The notes beneath the pieces were generated by a model. The model was not told where the DNA came from, did no database searches, and worked only from the letters and a program-made list of their open reading frames with translations. A stretch of DNA of 64,000 bases from Akkermansia muciniphila (GTDB lineage Bacteria > Verrucomicrobiota > Verrucomicrobiia > Limisphaerales > UBA9464), in assembly GCA_945861565.1 (NCBI GenBank), contig CAMAUY010000016.1:2556-66555 (forward strand), in the 5' to 3' direction. The stretch's first letter is position 1. Every line of letters begins with the position of its first letter. This document shows positions 55,357 to 64,000 of this stretch, one piece after another. A program made the translations under genes and the position numbers.

Positions 55357-57285
55357 CTAACCCGCGACCCGATGATCCGTCAGTTCGCTCGACTCCAGAT
55401 CGGACAATCGCTTTGCGGCGTCTTCCCAGGCACGGTTTTTTTCTGCCATTTCATCGACGACTATTTTTAGTTCGCGATTGATTTCGACTGCCCGTCCCGG
55501 TGTCTCGTAGGTGGCGGGTTTTTCAAGTTCGGTAGCCAATTCATCCTGACGCACCTCCAAGGCCGCAATGTGCGCCTCAAGGTCTGCGACCAAGCGCCGT
55601 TGGGCAGATACCAACTTCCGGACATCCGCCACCTGCTGACGGCGGTCCTTTTGTGAACCGGCTCCATTTCCCGCCGCGGTGCGGGCGACGGTTTCGGTCG
55701 GACGCGCATTGGTCGGGCGGCTCGTAGCCCCGACGTCTCCGCTCGTGGCAGTCAAGGCTGCCCGGGCAGAAACAGCCCGCGTTTTCTCCAAGTAATAGGC
55801 ATAGTCTCCCGCGTAGCTGGTCAGCCGACCGGCATCGATATGCACGACACGCGAGGCGATCGATCGGATGAAATGAACGTCGTGACTGATAAAGATCACA
55901 GTGCCGGTGAATTCCGTAAGGGCCGCAACCAACGCATCGATGCTCGACATGTCCAAGTGCGTCGTGGGTTCGTCCATGAGCAGCAGGTTGGGGGGATCGA
56001 GAAGAATTTTCACGAGCGCGAGCCGGCTTTTCTCACCGCCACTGAGGACGTCGACTTTTTTGAACACATCGTCGTCCCGGAAGAGGAAGCAGCCGAGGAG
56101 CGAACGGACGGCAAGTTCCGTGACGCGAGCTGGGGTATCGAGGGCCTCGGCGAGGACGGTCCGACCCGACTGGAGCATTTCGGTACGATATTGGGAATAA
56201 TAGCCGACGCGAACCTTGAGACCCTCGTCCCGTTCTCCGCGAGTCGGGGTGAGCACACCGGCGAGCAATTTGAGCAGCGTTGACTTGCCGGAGCCATTGG
56301 GGCCGACCAGGACGACGCGGGCACCGCGTTCCGCTTCGAAATCAATTCCGCGATAGACGGAGTGATCTCCATAGGCAAAGTGAACTTCGCGGAGCGTAAT
56401 AACGCGTTGGCCGCTCTTCTCCGGCTGAGGGAAGTTAAAATCAACGGTGGCCAACGCGGCATCGGGTGCGGAGATCTTCTCCATGCGATCGATCTGCTTC
56501 AGCTTACTCTGAGCCTGAGCAGCTTTGGTATTTTTTGCGCGGAATCGCGTCACAAAATCCATCAGACGCTCGATTTCCCGCTGCTGATTCTTATAGGCAG
56601 CGAGTTGCTGCTCTTCGGCGGCGGCGCGTTGTTCGAGGTAGGCGTCGTAGTTGCCGCGATACCGCCAAAGTCGGCCCTGGCGAAGTTCGACAATATGGGT
56701 GACGAGTTGATTCAGGAATTCGCGGTCGTGTGAAATGAGGAGGATCCCGCCGGGGTAGGATTTCAGGTACTGCTGAAACCAGATTAATGTTTCGAGATCG
56801 AGATGGTTGGTCGGCTCATCGAGCATGAGCAGATCCGGCTCTTGCACGAGCAAGCGGGCGAGATGCGCTCGCATGACCCAGCCGCCGCTCAATGTTTTCA
56901 CGGCCCGATCGAAATCGGTTTCCCGGAAGGCGAGACCCTTCAGAATTCGTTTTGCTTTGGCCACCGCCGAACCGTCGAACTCCAATTCCGCATCGTCTTC
57001 GTGCCCCATGCCGGAGGCCGGAAGACTGCAGACCAGTTCGATGACTGTTTCTTCGCCGGCGGGTGCGGTTTCCTGGGGAAGGAATCCAACGGTTGCACCC
57101 CGCTGGAAAGTGACCGATCCGGAATCGGGTTCCTCCTGCCCCAGGATGAGTTTGAAGAGAGTAGTTTTTCCAGCACCGTTGGGTCCGACCAACCCGATGC
57201 GGTCGCCACGGTTTACCTGGAGAGTAACTTCGGAAAAAAGGGTTCGGCCGGCGTAGGACTTTTCGCAGTCAGAAAGGGTCAGCAT
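55357..57285 (-). CDS. ABC-F family ATPase (YheS/Uup-like)
   Basis: Two NBDs (GPNGAGKTT/LSGGW and GPNGSGKST/LSGGEK), DEPT motifs, no TM, C-terminal coiled-coil. Confidence 0.92.
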   Translation of the reverse strand: MLTLSDCEKSYAGRTLFSEVTLQVNRGDRIGLVGPNGAGKTTLFKLILGQEEPDSGSVTFQRGATVGFLPQETAPAGEETVIELVCSLPASGMGHEDDAELEFDGSAVAKAKRILKGLAFRETDFDRAVKTLSGGWVMRAHLARLLVQEPDLLMLDEPTNHLDLETLIWFQQYLKSYPGGILLISHDREFLNQLVTHIVELRQGRLWRYRGNYDAYLEQRAAAEEQQLAAYKNQQREIERLMDFVTRFRAKNTKAAQAQSKLKQIDRMEKISAPDAALATVDFNFPQPEKSGQRVITLREVHFAYGDHSVYRGIDFEAERGARVVLVGPNGSGKSTLLKLLAGVLTPTRGERDEGLKVRVGYYSQYRTEMLQSGRTVLAEALDTPARVTELAVRSLLGCFLFRDDDVFKKVDVLSGGEKSRLALVKILLDPPNLLLMDEPTTHLDMSSIDALVAALTEFTGTVIFISHDVHFIRSIASRVVHIDAGRLTSYAGDYAYYLEKTRAVSARAALTATSGDVGATSRPTNARPTETVARTAAGNGAGSQKDRRQQVADVRKLVSAQRRLVADLEAHIAALEVRQDELATELEKPATYETPGRAVEINRELKIVVDEMAEKNRAWEDAAKRLSDLESSELTDHRVAG

Positions 57286-57858
57286 GCTAGGGTTAGGAAA
57301 TAATTGGGGTCGAGAATGGCAAACGAGGGAAGGTTTGGAACAAAAACGTGAGACAGGGACAGATGCGTAAGAGCTCCATCCACCGTAAGAATTTCTGGAC
57401 ATCGCGCAAGCCTTTCATGGTTACAAGCAGCCTACCCCCCACTCCTCGTCCCCCCGGCATCTTTCCGATCCCATCGAGGGTTACCGCCAAACGTAAAATG
57501 GCCCGGACCGTCGACCCACTTAGGATGACCTTCTGGCGGATGGATCCCATGGGCATATGGCTCACGGCATCAGCGGCGGCCCGGGGGGGCGTTCCCCGCC
57601 CAACGTCGGACGCCTTGAGGAATCCCACCCTCTCCGGGCTGTCGGTTGGCTTTAGAGCTTAAATTCCAGTCGCTCCGCGGCCGTCCTGCTTAATGCCTAA
57701 TTCCAGAGGAATTCGCCGTGGGCCAGGCGTGTAGGCCTGTGAATTCAGCCTTGACTACCCGCCTGCACGAGGAAGGCTCGCCAACATCCATTTACATCGC
57801 GGAAACAACCTTCCGTAACCGCGGAGCATCCCTACTAAATTCTATCCCTTGGAATCCC

Positions 57859-59076
57859 ATGGCACATCTCTCACGACGTGATTTTTTGAAGGCCAGCGCC
57901 GCGGTGGCTGCAGCGGGCACATGGCCCATCGGGCGCCTGCAGGCCGCTCTCCAGGACATCCGGTCGGTCAAGATCACCGGTATCGACAGTTTCGCAATCC
58001 GCATCCCGGTTTCCAACGAGGAGGCCGCGGTGGGCAAGATCGCCTCGTATCAAGTCGCCCGCGTCGATACAGACGCCGGGGTGCGCGGTTACTCGTTCGC
58101 CGGTCCGCCATCGGATTTACTCGATGCCCGCCTTCGTCCGGCACTCGTTGGCAAGGACCTGTTCGCGATCGAACGTCATCTCAAGAACGGACTGATCGAA
58201 TCGGGCGGACTCGAGCACGCGCTTTGGGACGCCATTGGAAAGCTGGCCGGGCAGCCGGTGTACCGTCTACTCGGCGGGGCTAGAAAGAGTGTCAAAGTCT
58301 ATTTAACGTGCGTTTGGCCAGGCAATTTGGACCAATCCCACGTCTCCTACGATCAACAAGCCGAGATGGCCGTCCGGATTCAAAAGGCCGGATTCAAGGG
58401 GATGAAAATTCGGGCCTGGCGGCCAAAGCCGCTCGACGATGCCGAAGCGTGCCGGGTCATCCGCGCCGCCGTCGGTCCGGACTTCGCAATTATGTTTGAT
58501 CGGACCGCCCATTTGCCGCATTCGGTCGGTCAGAAAACCTGGGACTACCCGACCGCGCTCAAGGTTGCGCGGGCGATGGAGAAACACCAGGCGACCTGGC
58601 TGGAAGAGCCGTTCGACCGGGATGATTTCCTCAGCCCGGCAAGGTTGGCGCGCGACGTGGACATCCCGATCACCGGGGGCGAAGGCTACGTCGGGTTGGA
58701 TCCGTTCCGCGAGTGCCTGATGAACGGCACCTATGACATCCTCCAGCCCGAGGGCGGTGGATCGGGCGGCATTATGATTTGTCGGAAGGTTGCCGCCATG
58801 GCCGAGGCGTTCCACGTCCCCTGCATTTTGCATGGCACGATGGGCCTTCGCCTTGCCGGTTGGGTCCAAGCCAGTGCTGCCATCGGTGCGGAGTGGCAGG
58901 AACTGGCCCTCATCACCCCGCCGCTCTTGCCGGAGGAACAATGGAGTCCAGGCTTCAAAGTCCTGAATGGTGGCAAATTCTTCGGGTTCAAGGACGGTGA
59001 AATCGTCCTGCCCGACTTGCCCGGAATTGGATTGGACGTCGATGAAGAAGCATTGGAACGATATCGAGTTCGGTGA
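57859..59076 (+). CDS. Tat-exported mandelate racemase/muconate lactonizing enzyme family protein
   Basis: SRRDFLK Tat motif; ALWDAIGK...PVYRLLGG, KxK motif GMKIR, WLEEP, GGE and PGIG. Confidence 0.88.
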   Translation: MAHLSRRDFLKASAAVAAAGTWPIGRLQAALQDIRSVKITGIDSFAIRIPVSNEEAAVGKIASYQVARVDTDAGVRGYSFAGPPSDLLDARLRPALVGKDLFAIERHLKNGLIESGGLEHALWDAIGKLAGQPVYRLLGGARKSVKVYLTCVWPGNLDQSHVSYDQQAEMAVRIQKAGFKGMKIRAWRPKPLDDAEACRVIRAAVGPDFAIMFDRTAHLPHSVGQKTWDYPTALKVARAMEKHQATWLEEPFDRDDFLSPARLARDVDIPITGGEGYVGLDPFRECLMNGTYDILQPEGGGSGGIMICRKVAAMAEAFHVPCILHGTMGLRLAGWVQASAAIGAEWQELALITPPLLPEEQWSPGFKVLNGGKFFGFKDGEIVLPDLPGIGLDVDEEALERYRVR

Positions 59077-59432
59077 AGCTTTCCGGCTGTGCGCCCGTAG
59101 GACACTTTTATAAACTGATCTTTTTCTGAGAAACGCGTCACGAGTGCTGGCTTGGAAAAATCCGGCGGTGGCCACGCGGCGTGGGCGACCGATCGCTCAG
59201 ACATCTTTAAACGCGTTGAAGTGGCGGCGGAAGATGCCCAGGACTGCGGTGGCGTTGGAGTGGCGACCTCGCTTCTGGTCCCAGCGTCACTTTCCTCACC
59301 GGCCTGACACAGCCATGCATCAGGCAATTGTCGAGGGCGACTTCCGTTTTACGGGCAACCTCCCCGCTTCGTTCATTGGCGTATGGCAGAAGAAACTCTC
59401 GCCGTAGATTCCTTCCCCTATAGGGTGGCGGC

Positions 59433-60689
59433 GTGATAGCACGCATTTTGTTGGCGGCCGCGGGAATCATTTGCGTCGTGATGCCCCCCCTCGCCGACGA
59501 GCCAAGCCGAGACTGGCCTCACTGGAGAGGGCCGAAGGCGGACGGGATTGCGGACAATCGAAATCTCCCCACCCGATGGAGCCCGTCCGAAAACATCCTC
59601 TGGTCGGTGAAATTACCCGGCTGGGGAACGAGTTCACCGGTCGTTCGTGCGAACCGCGTGTTCGTCACTTCGGAAGTCAACGAGGGTGGCAAGAAATCGC
59701 TACTCACATTTTGCTTTGATCGGACGGACGGACGAGAATTGTGGAGACATGATTTTGGCATGGGTGTGAATCAGCGCGTTCACCAAAAATCAAACTTGGC
59801 CGTCAACACTCCGGCCGTCACCGCGGACGCGGTCTACGTCGCGTTCGGAAATGCCGATATCGCCCGCTACTCACACGCTGGAACGTTGCAGTGGGTGAAT
59901 CGCTATATCTCTCGTTTCGGCGATCCGAAAATGGCGTGGGGATACGCCCTGAGCCCGCTCGTTCTCGAGGATTCCATCCTGTTTCCATGGGATCATCACA
60001 CGGGGCCCTGTTTTCTGATTGGCCTGAATCCACAAACCGGCGAGATCGCTTGGAAGAACGAGCGCCCCATCGGAACGGCCCATGCGACTCCCCTGCTCGT
60101 GGAACATCATGGCCAGCAAGACATCCTTGTCCCCGGGAAGAATCGATTGACCGCCTTTGACGCCAAAACACGTTCGCAGTTGTGGCAATACGGCGAAGGC
60201 GAAGGTCCATACAACGGCGAGATCATCGCTAGTCCGGTCTTTGGTGATGGCATGGTTTTCCTGCAGTTGTGGAGGCAAAGCCGCATTCACGCGATTCGCT
60301 TGAGCCCAAATAGAAAACCGCCGGAACCTGTTTGGATCAGCGACAAACCCGGCGGTGTGGAGCCATCCCTGCTGTATTACCGCGGCCTGCTCACTGTGCT
60401 GATGGATAACGGGGTGCTGGTTTGCTTGGACGGGCAGACCGGCAAAGAGCATTACCGGGAACGACTCGGGGGCGAGTGCAATTCATCGCCCGTGGCGAGC
60501 GACGGGAGAATTTATCTCAGCAACAACGACGGCCAAACATTCGTGGTCAAAGCCGAGACTCAGTTCCAATTGCTGGCCACAAACAATCTCGGCGAACGAA
60601 TCACGGCATCGCCGGCAATCTCAGGCAACGCAATCCTCTACCGGACGGACTCGCACCTTTATTGCATCGGAACTTCGACCGAACGATGA
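59433..60689 (+). CDS. Secreted PQQ-like/BamB-type beta-propeller protein
   Basis: DWPHWRGP..DG, SSPVV, repeated G...W blades, and ASPAIS...YRT..HLYCIG. Confidence 0.88.
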   Translation: MIARILLAAAGIICVVMPPLADEPSRDWPHWRGPKADGIADNRNLPTRWSPSENILWSVKLPGWGTSSPVVRANRVFVTSEVNEGGKKSLLTFCFDRTDGRELWRHDFGMGVNQRVHQKSNLAVNTPAVTADAVYVAFGNADIARYSHAGTLQWVNRYISRFGDPKMAWGYALSPLVLEDSILFPWDHHTGPCFLIGLNPQTGEIAWKNERPIGTAHATPLLVEHHGQQDILVPGKNRLTAFDAKTRSQLWQYGEGEGPYNGEIIASPVFGDGMVFLQLWRQSRIHAIRLSPNRKPPEPVWISDKPGGVEPSLLYYRGLLTVLMDNGVLVCLDGQTGKEHYRERLGGECNSSPVASDGRIYLSNNDGQTFVVKAETQFQLLATNNLGERITASPAISGNAILYRTDSHLYCIGTSTER

Positions 60690-60772
60690 GGTTGGAGTCG
60701 GCGTCGATCATCGTCCTCCTTTGAGCCCTTTCACGAGGGCGACCTTCAATGGCTCGACCGAAGAGCATTGCG

Positions 60773-62002
60773 TCAACTCGGATCGTTGTCCGGCACGACC
60801 AAGGGAGTTTTTCCACCCTTCAAGCGCGCAATCTCCGGCAGGAGGAGCAGGCTGGCCCCCAGGATGAGCATGGCACTGAATCCCCCCAACGTCCCCAAGC
60901 TGAAGCGACTGACCGCATGAAAGGCCGCGAACGGGGCCACCACGCCCCGAACCCCCGTCAAAAACGTATGCACGCTCATGTAATCCGCAACGCGGCCCGA
61001 TGGAGCGAGTTTCGTGACCCATAACCCCCAGGCGACGTCACCGCCCGCATTGGAAATCCCAAACACCACCGCCGCCACAATCAAACCCGTGCGACTTGTG
61101 CTCGTAAAAAACGTCAAAATACCCAGGGCAAAACCCACGTTAAGTATCACTCGAAGCGAGAAGAAATTCATCCGGTCAAAGACCCAACCCCAAATCGGGC
61201 TGAGTCCCAGCCGGGCCAGATTCGGAATCACCACCGTCAGCAGAGCAATCTCGTCTGACGGACGCCCAAGACCAAACCGCGGATTCGCCAAGTACTCAAC
61301 TCGCATGGGCAACATCATCAGGTTTGCGAACCCCATCAACATCCAGGCGTACAATGCCTGGCGAAACAACCGATCTTCCGCCACCAAACTCAGCGCGTGC
61401 AGCGGATGTGCCAGGACATTGCCACGCAAGGGCAGCGATGGAATCCCGGCAAGAGCGACCGAGGCCACAACGAATGCACCGCCGTAGGCCGCCAGTAATA
61501 CTCGGTACCACGCCAGATGCTCGGTTAACCACCACCCCGCCACCCATCCAAACAAAACGGTGGCCGCAATTCGCACCATAAAAGTCCGCGAATACAACTG
61601 ACCGCGCCGCTCGGTGGGATAGTTATCTTGGTAGATCTGCGTCATCAGCGGGATGCAGGCCGAAGTCGTCATCATGGCCAAGATGCCAGCGATCACGAAA
61701 ACGGCCTCCGAAGGAAAGGCCACCATCACCGCACACGCAATCGCACCCAGGGCAAACAAGCGCGACGCCGCTCGCGCCGGCGGCCATCCCCAACGCAGCA
61801 CCACGGTGACGGTGACCGGCGTCAGCAACAAACCCAGACTGCCACCCGCCGCCAACAGGGATTTCGCGTTCGCCCCCGCCTGAAACCACTTCACCGCAAT
61901 CAAGAGGAGAAACGTGCTGCCCGCTGTTTCCAGGATTCCACTGGATGCCGATCGCCACAACTCACGGCGAAACGTTTGTCGGGTACGGACAGTGTCAGAC
62001 AC
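60773..62002 (-). CDS. MFS transporter
   Basis: About 12 hydrophobic segments, YP.ERRGQ and WG.VFDR loops. Confidence 0.82.
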   Translation of the reverse strand: MSDTVRTRQTFRRELWRSASSGILETAGSTFLLLIAVKWFQAGANAKSLLAAGGSLGLLLTPVTVTVVLRWGWPPARAASRLFALGAIACAVMVAFPSEAVFVIAGILAMMTTSACIPLMTQIYQDNYPTERRGQLYSRTFMVRIAATVLFGWVAGWWLTEHLAWYRVLLAAYGGAFVVASVALAGIPSLPLRGNVLAHPLHALSLVAEDRLFRQALYAWMLMGFANLMMLPMRVEYLANPRFGLGRPSDEIALLTVVIPNLARLGLSPIWGWVFDRMNFFSLRVILNVGFALGILTFFTSTSRTGLIVAAVVFGISNAGGDVAWGLWVTKLAPSGRVADYMSVHTFLTGVRGVVAPFAAFHAVSRFSLGTLGGFSAMLILGASLLLLPEIARLKGGKTPLVVPDNDPS

Positions 62003-62103
62003 AGGACGTCCAGTATTTCGTAGAATGGGTGGGGCGCAACGGCATTCGTCTTTCGATAGCGAGTGTCGGGCGCAATTCCCAGCAAGAGCCGAACCCCAGG
62101 AAT

Positions 62104-63075
62104 CTATTGCCCCCGGACAAGATGGCACGCCGTCCAACGGCCCGGTGAAGTCTCAACAAGTTCAGGTCTTTCCGTTCGGCATCGAGCCTCCGCAATCGGG
62201 CAGCGTGGATGAAAAGGGCATCCGTTTGGGGGATGGATGGGCGAGGGCACATCGCCTTTCAGCACAATACGCTGCCGCTTCGAATCACAATCAACGACCG
62301 GCACCGCGGACAATAGGGCCTGCGTGTAGGGATGGTGCGGCGTGCGACAAATCTCACGAATCTCGCCCGCTTCGACGACGCGGCCCAGATACATCACGAG
62401 CACACGCCGGCAAAGATGTTCGACGACGGCCAGGTCGTGAGAGATAAAAAGGTAGGCCATTCCGCGCTCGTGCTGGAGGTCCTGCAGGAGATTGATCACC
62501 TGCGCCTGGATGCTCACGTCGAGCGCACTCACGGGCTCATCGCAGACGATGAGTTTGGGTTCCACCGCGAGGGCTCGCGCGATGCCGACGCGCTGGCGCT
62601 GACCGCCGCTGAACTCATGGGGATACCTCTGGGCGTGCGCCCGCTCCAACCCGACGCTCTCGAGCAATTCGCTGACTCGCGCCGTGCGCGCAATCGTCGA
62701 TGGCACCAGGCGGTGAATATCGAGCGCCTCGCCGATGATATCGCCAAGGGTCATCCGCGGATCCAGCGAGCTATAGGGATCCTGGAAGATCATCTGGAAT
62801 TCTCGGCGACGAGCCCGGAGGGAGTTTGCGGACAAGTGCGTGATGTCTTCGCCCTTGAACACGATGCGTCCGGCTGTCGGCTCGATCAGGCGGAGAATCG
62901 CACGGCCGAGAGTGGTCTTGCCGCAGCCGCTTTCGCCGACGAGACCGAGCGCTTCGCCCGGCTCTAGAGTGAAGCTGACGTCCTCCACGGCGCGAACCCA
63001 AGCCCGTTTTTGCGCCAAGACGCCCTGAGTCACCGGGAAGTGAACCTGAAGGCTTTGGATTTCGAGCAACGGCAT
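62104..63075 (-). CDS. Oligopeptide/dipeptide ABC transporter ATPase (OppF/DppF-like)
   Basis: [26 protein letters not shown], and C-terminal GCPFHPRC...ACH. Confidence 0.93.
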   Translation of the reverse strand: MPLLEIQSLQVHFPVTQGVLAQKRAWVRAVEDVSFTLEPGEALGLVGESGCGKTTLGRAILRLIEPTAGRIVFKGEDITHLSANSLRARRREFQMIFQDPYSSLDPRMTLGDIIGEALDIHRLVPSTIARTARVSELLESVGLERAHAQRYPHEFSGGQRQRVGIARALAVEPKLIVCDEPVSALDVSIQAQVINLLQDLQHERGMAYLFISHDLAVVEHLCRRVLVMYLGRVVEAGEIREICRTPHHPYTQALLSAVPVVDCDSKRQRIVLKGDVPSPIHPPNGCPFHPRCPIAEARCRTERPELVETSPGRWTACHLVRGQ

Positions 63076-63083
63076 GGCGGCAA

Positions 63084-64000
63084 CTATTCCCAGAATGGAC
63101 AACGAACCCGTCGATCGGGCTTGGCGTCGGCAAGGCGGGGCGGGTTCGTGGCGCATTCCGGGTGCGCAACCGGGCAGCGAGGTTCGAACCGGCAGCCCGC
63201 CGGCCAGTTGCCTGGAACCGGCACCGCCCCCGGTATCGACTCGAGACGCTGGCGCTCCCGACCAATGTGCGGCACGGAGCGGATCAACGCCTGGGTGTAC
63301 GGATGCAGCGGTTGACGGAGAAGGGTGTCGGCCGCCGCTTCTTCAACGATTTGGCCGGCGTACATCACTGCCACTCGATCTGCAATGTCTCCGACGATCC
63401 CCAGATTATGAGTGATGAGCAGGATCGCCATGCCCAACTGTTGCTGGAGCTCACGCAGCAGTTCAATGATCTGAGCCTGGATGGTGACGTCCAACGCGGT
63501 GGTTGGTTCGTCGGCGATAAGCAATTTTGGCTCGCTGGCAAGCGCCATCGCAATCATGGCGCGCTGCTGCATGCCCCCCGATAGCTGATGCGGATACTCC
63601 CGGATCCGGCTCTCGGGTGCCGGAATCCCCACGAGTTTCAACAACCGAATAATTTCGTTTTCGTTCGCCCAGGCGGGCCGATGCTCGGTAAGCATCTCTC
63701 GAATCTGCGCCCCAATGCGCATCACGGGATTGAGAGATGCGCCGGGCTCTTGAAAGACATAGCTGACAACGCCGCCCCGTATATTTCGCAACTCAACCGA
63801 CGACATGCGCAGGACGTCGCGGCCCTGAAGTAAGATCTCGCCTCCGGCATACCGGGCGGGCGGCGTGGCAAGAAGGCGAGCGATACTGAGTGCGGTGACA
63901 CTCTTGCCGCACCCGCTTTCGCCGACGAGACACAAGGTTTCACCTTCATCGACGGACAACGACACCCCGTCCACGACACGGACGGAACCGTAATCAATCT
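63084..64000 (-). CDS. Oligopeptide/dipeptide ABC transporter ATPase (OppD/DppD-like); 5' end outside the window
   Basis: [27 protein letters not shown] and GCRFEPRC. The frame is open to the window edge. Confidence 0.92.
   Translation of the reverse strand, partial: IDYGSVRVVDGVSLSVDEGETLCLVGESGCGKSVTALSIARLLATPPARYAGGEILLQGRDVLRMSSVELRNIRGGVVSYVFQEPGASLNPVMRIGAQIREMLTEHRPAWANENEIIRLLKLVGIPAPESRIREYPHQLSGGMQQRAMIAMALASEPKLLIADEPTTALDVTIQAQIIELLRELQQQLGMAILLITHNLGIVGDIADRVAVMYAGQIVEEAAADTLLRQPLHPYTQALIRSVPHIGRERQRLESIPGAVPVPGNWPAGCRFEPRCPVAHPECATNPPRLADAKPDRRVRCPFWE

Overview
GC-rich bacterial chromosomal segment, very probably from Verrucomicrobiota (Pedosphaera/Limisphaera-like). The assignment rests on an Amuc_1100/Amuc_1101-type pilus operon, PVC-type beta-propeller and heme proteins, a PEP-CTERM protein and a protein ending in FFRL. 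About 40 genes are supported. Housekeeping genes are tadA, tig, radC, tex, rimO, deoC, infA and rapA. Others include a group-2 sigma70, a small KS/CLF/FabG/ACP cluster, several large surface proteins and transporters. No tRNA, rRNA, transposase, integrase or cas gene is visible. The most unusual signal is non-coding: the intergenic DNA carries at least six families of palindromic mini-elements, and they are organised. At 42855-43334 a tandem array of 55-nt repeats (GGTTCATG-N39-CATGAACC) separates three unrelated palindromic cargos. One linker+cargo unit reappears inverted at 26171-26307, inserted inside a different palindromic element whose empty form is present at 8799 and 19746. A second terminal-repeat family (GTGCATCCCGAxGTTGTTGG) also carries different cargos. 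This looks like a modular, cassette-like, non-autonomous mobile system whose enzyme is not in the window; that interpretation is inference. Start codons were often moved inward from the ORF track by eye, and family names come from motif recognition, not database searches.
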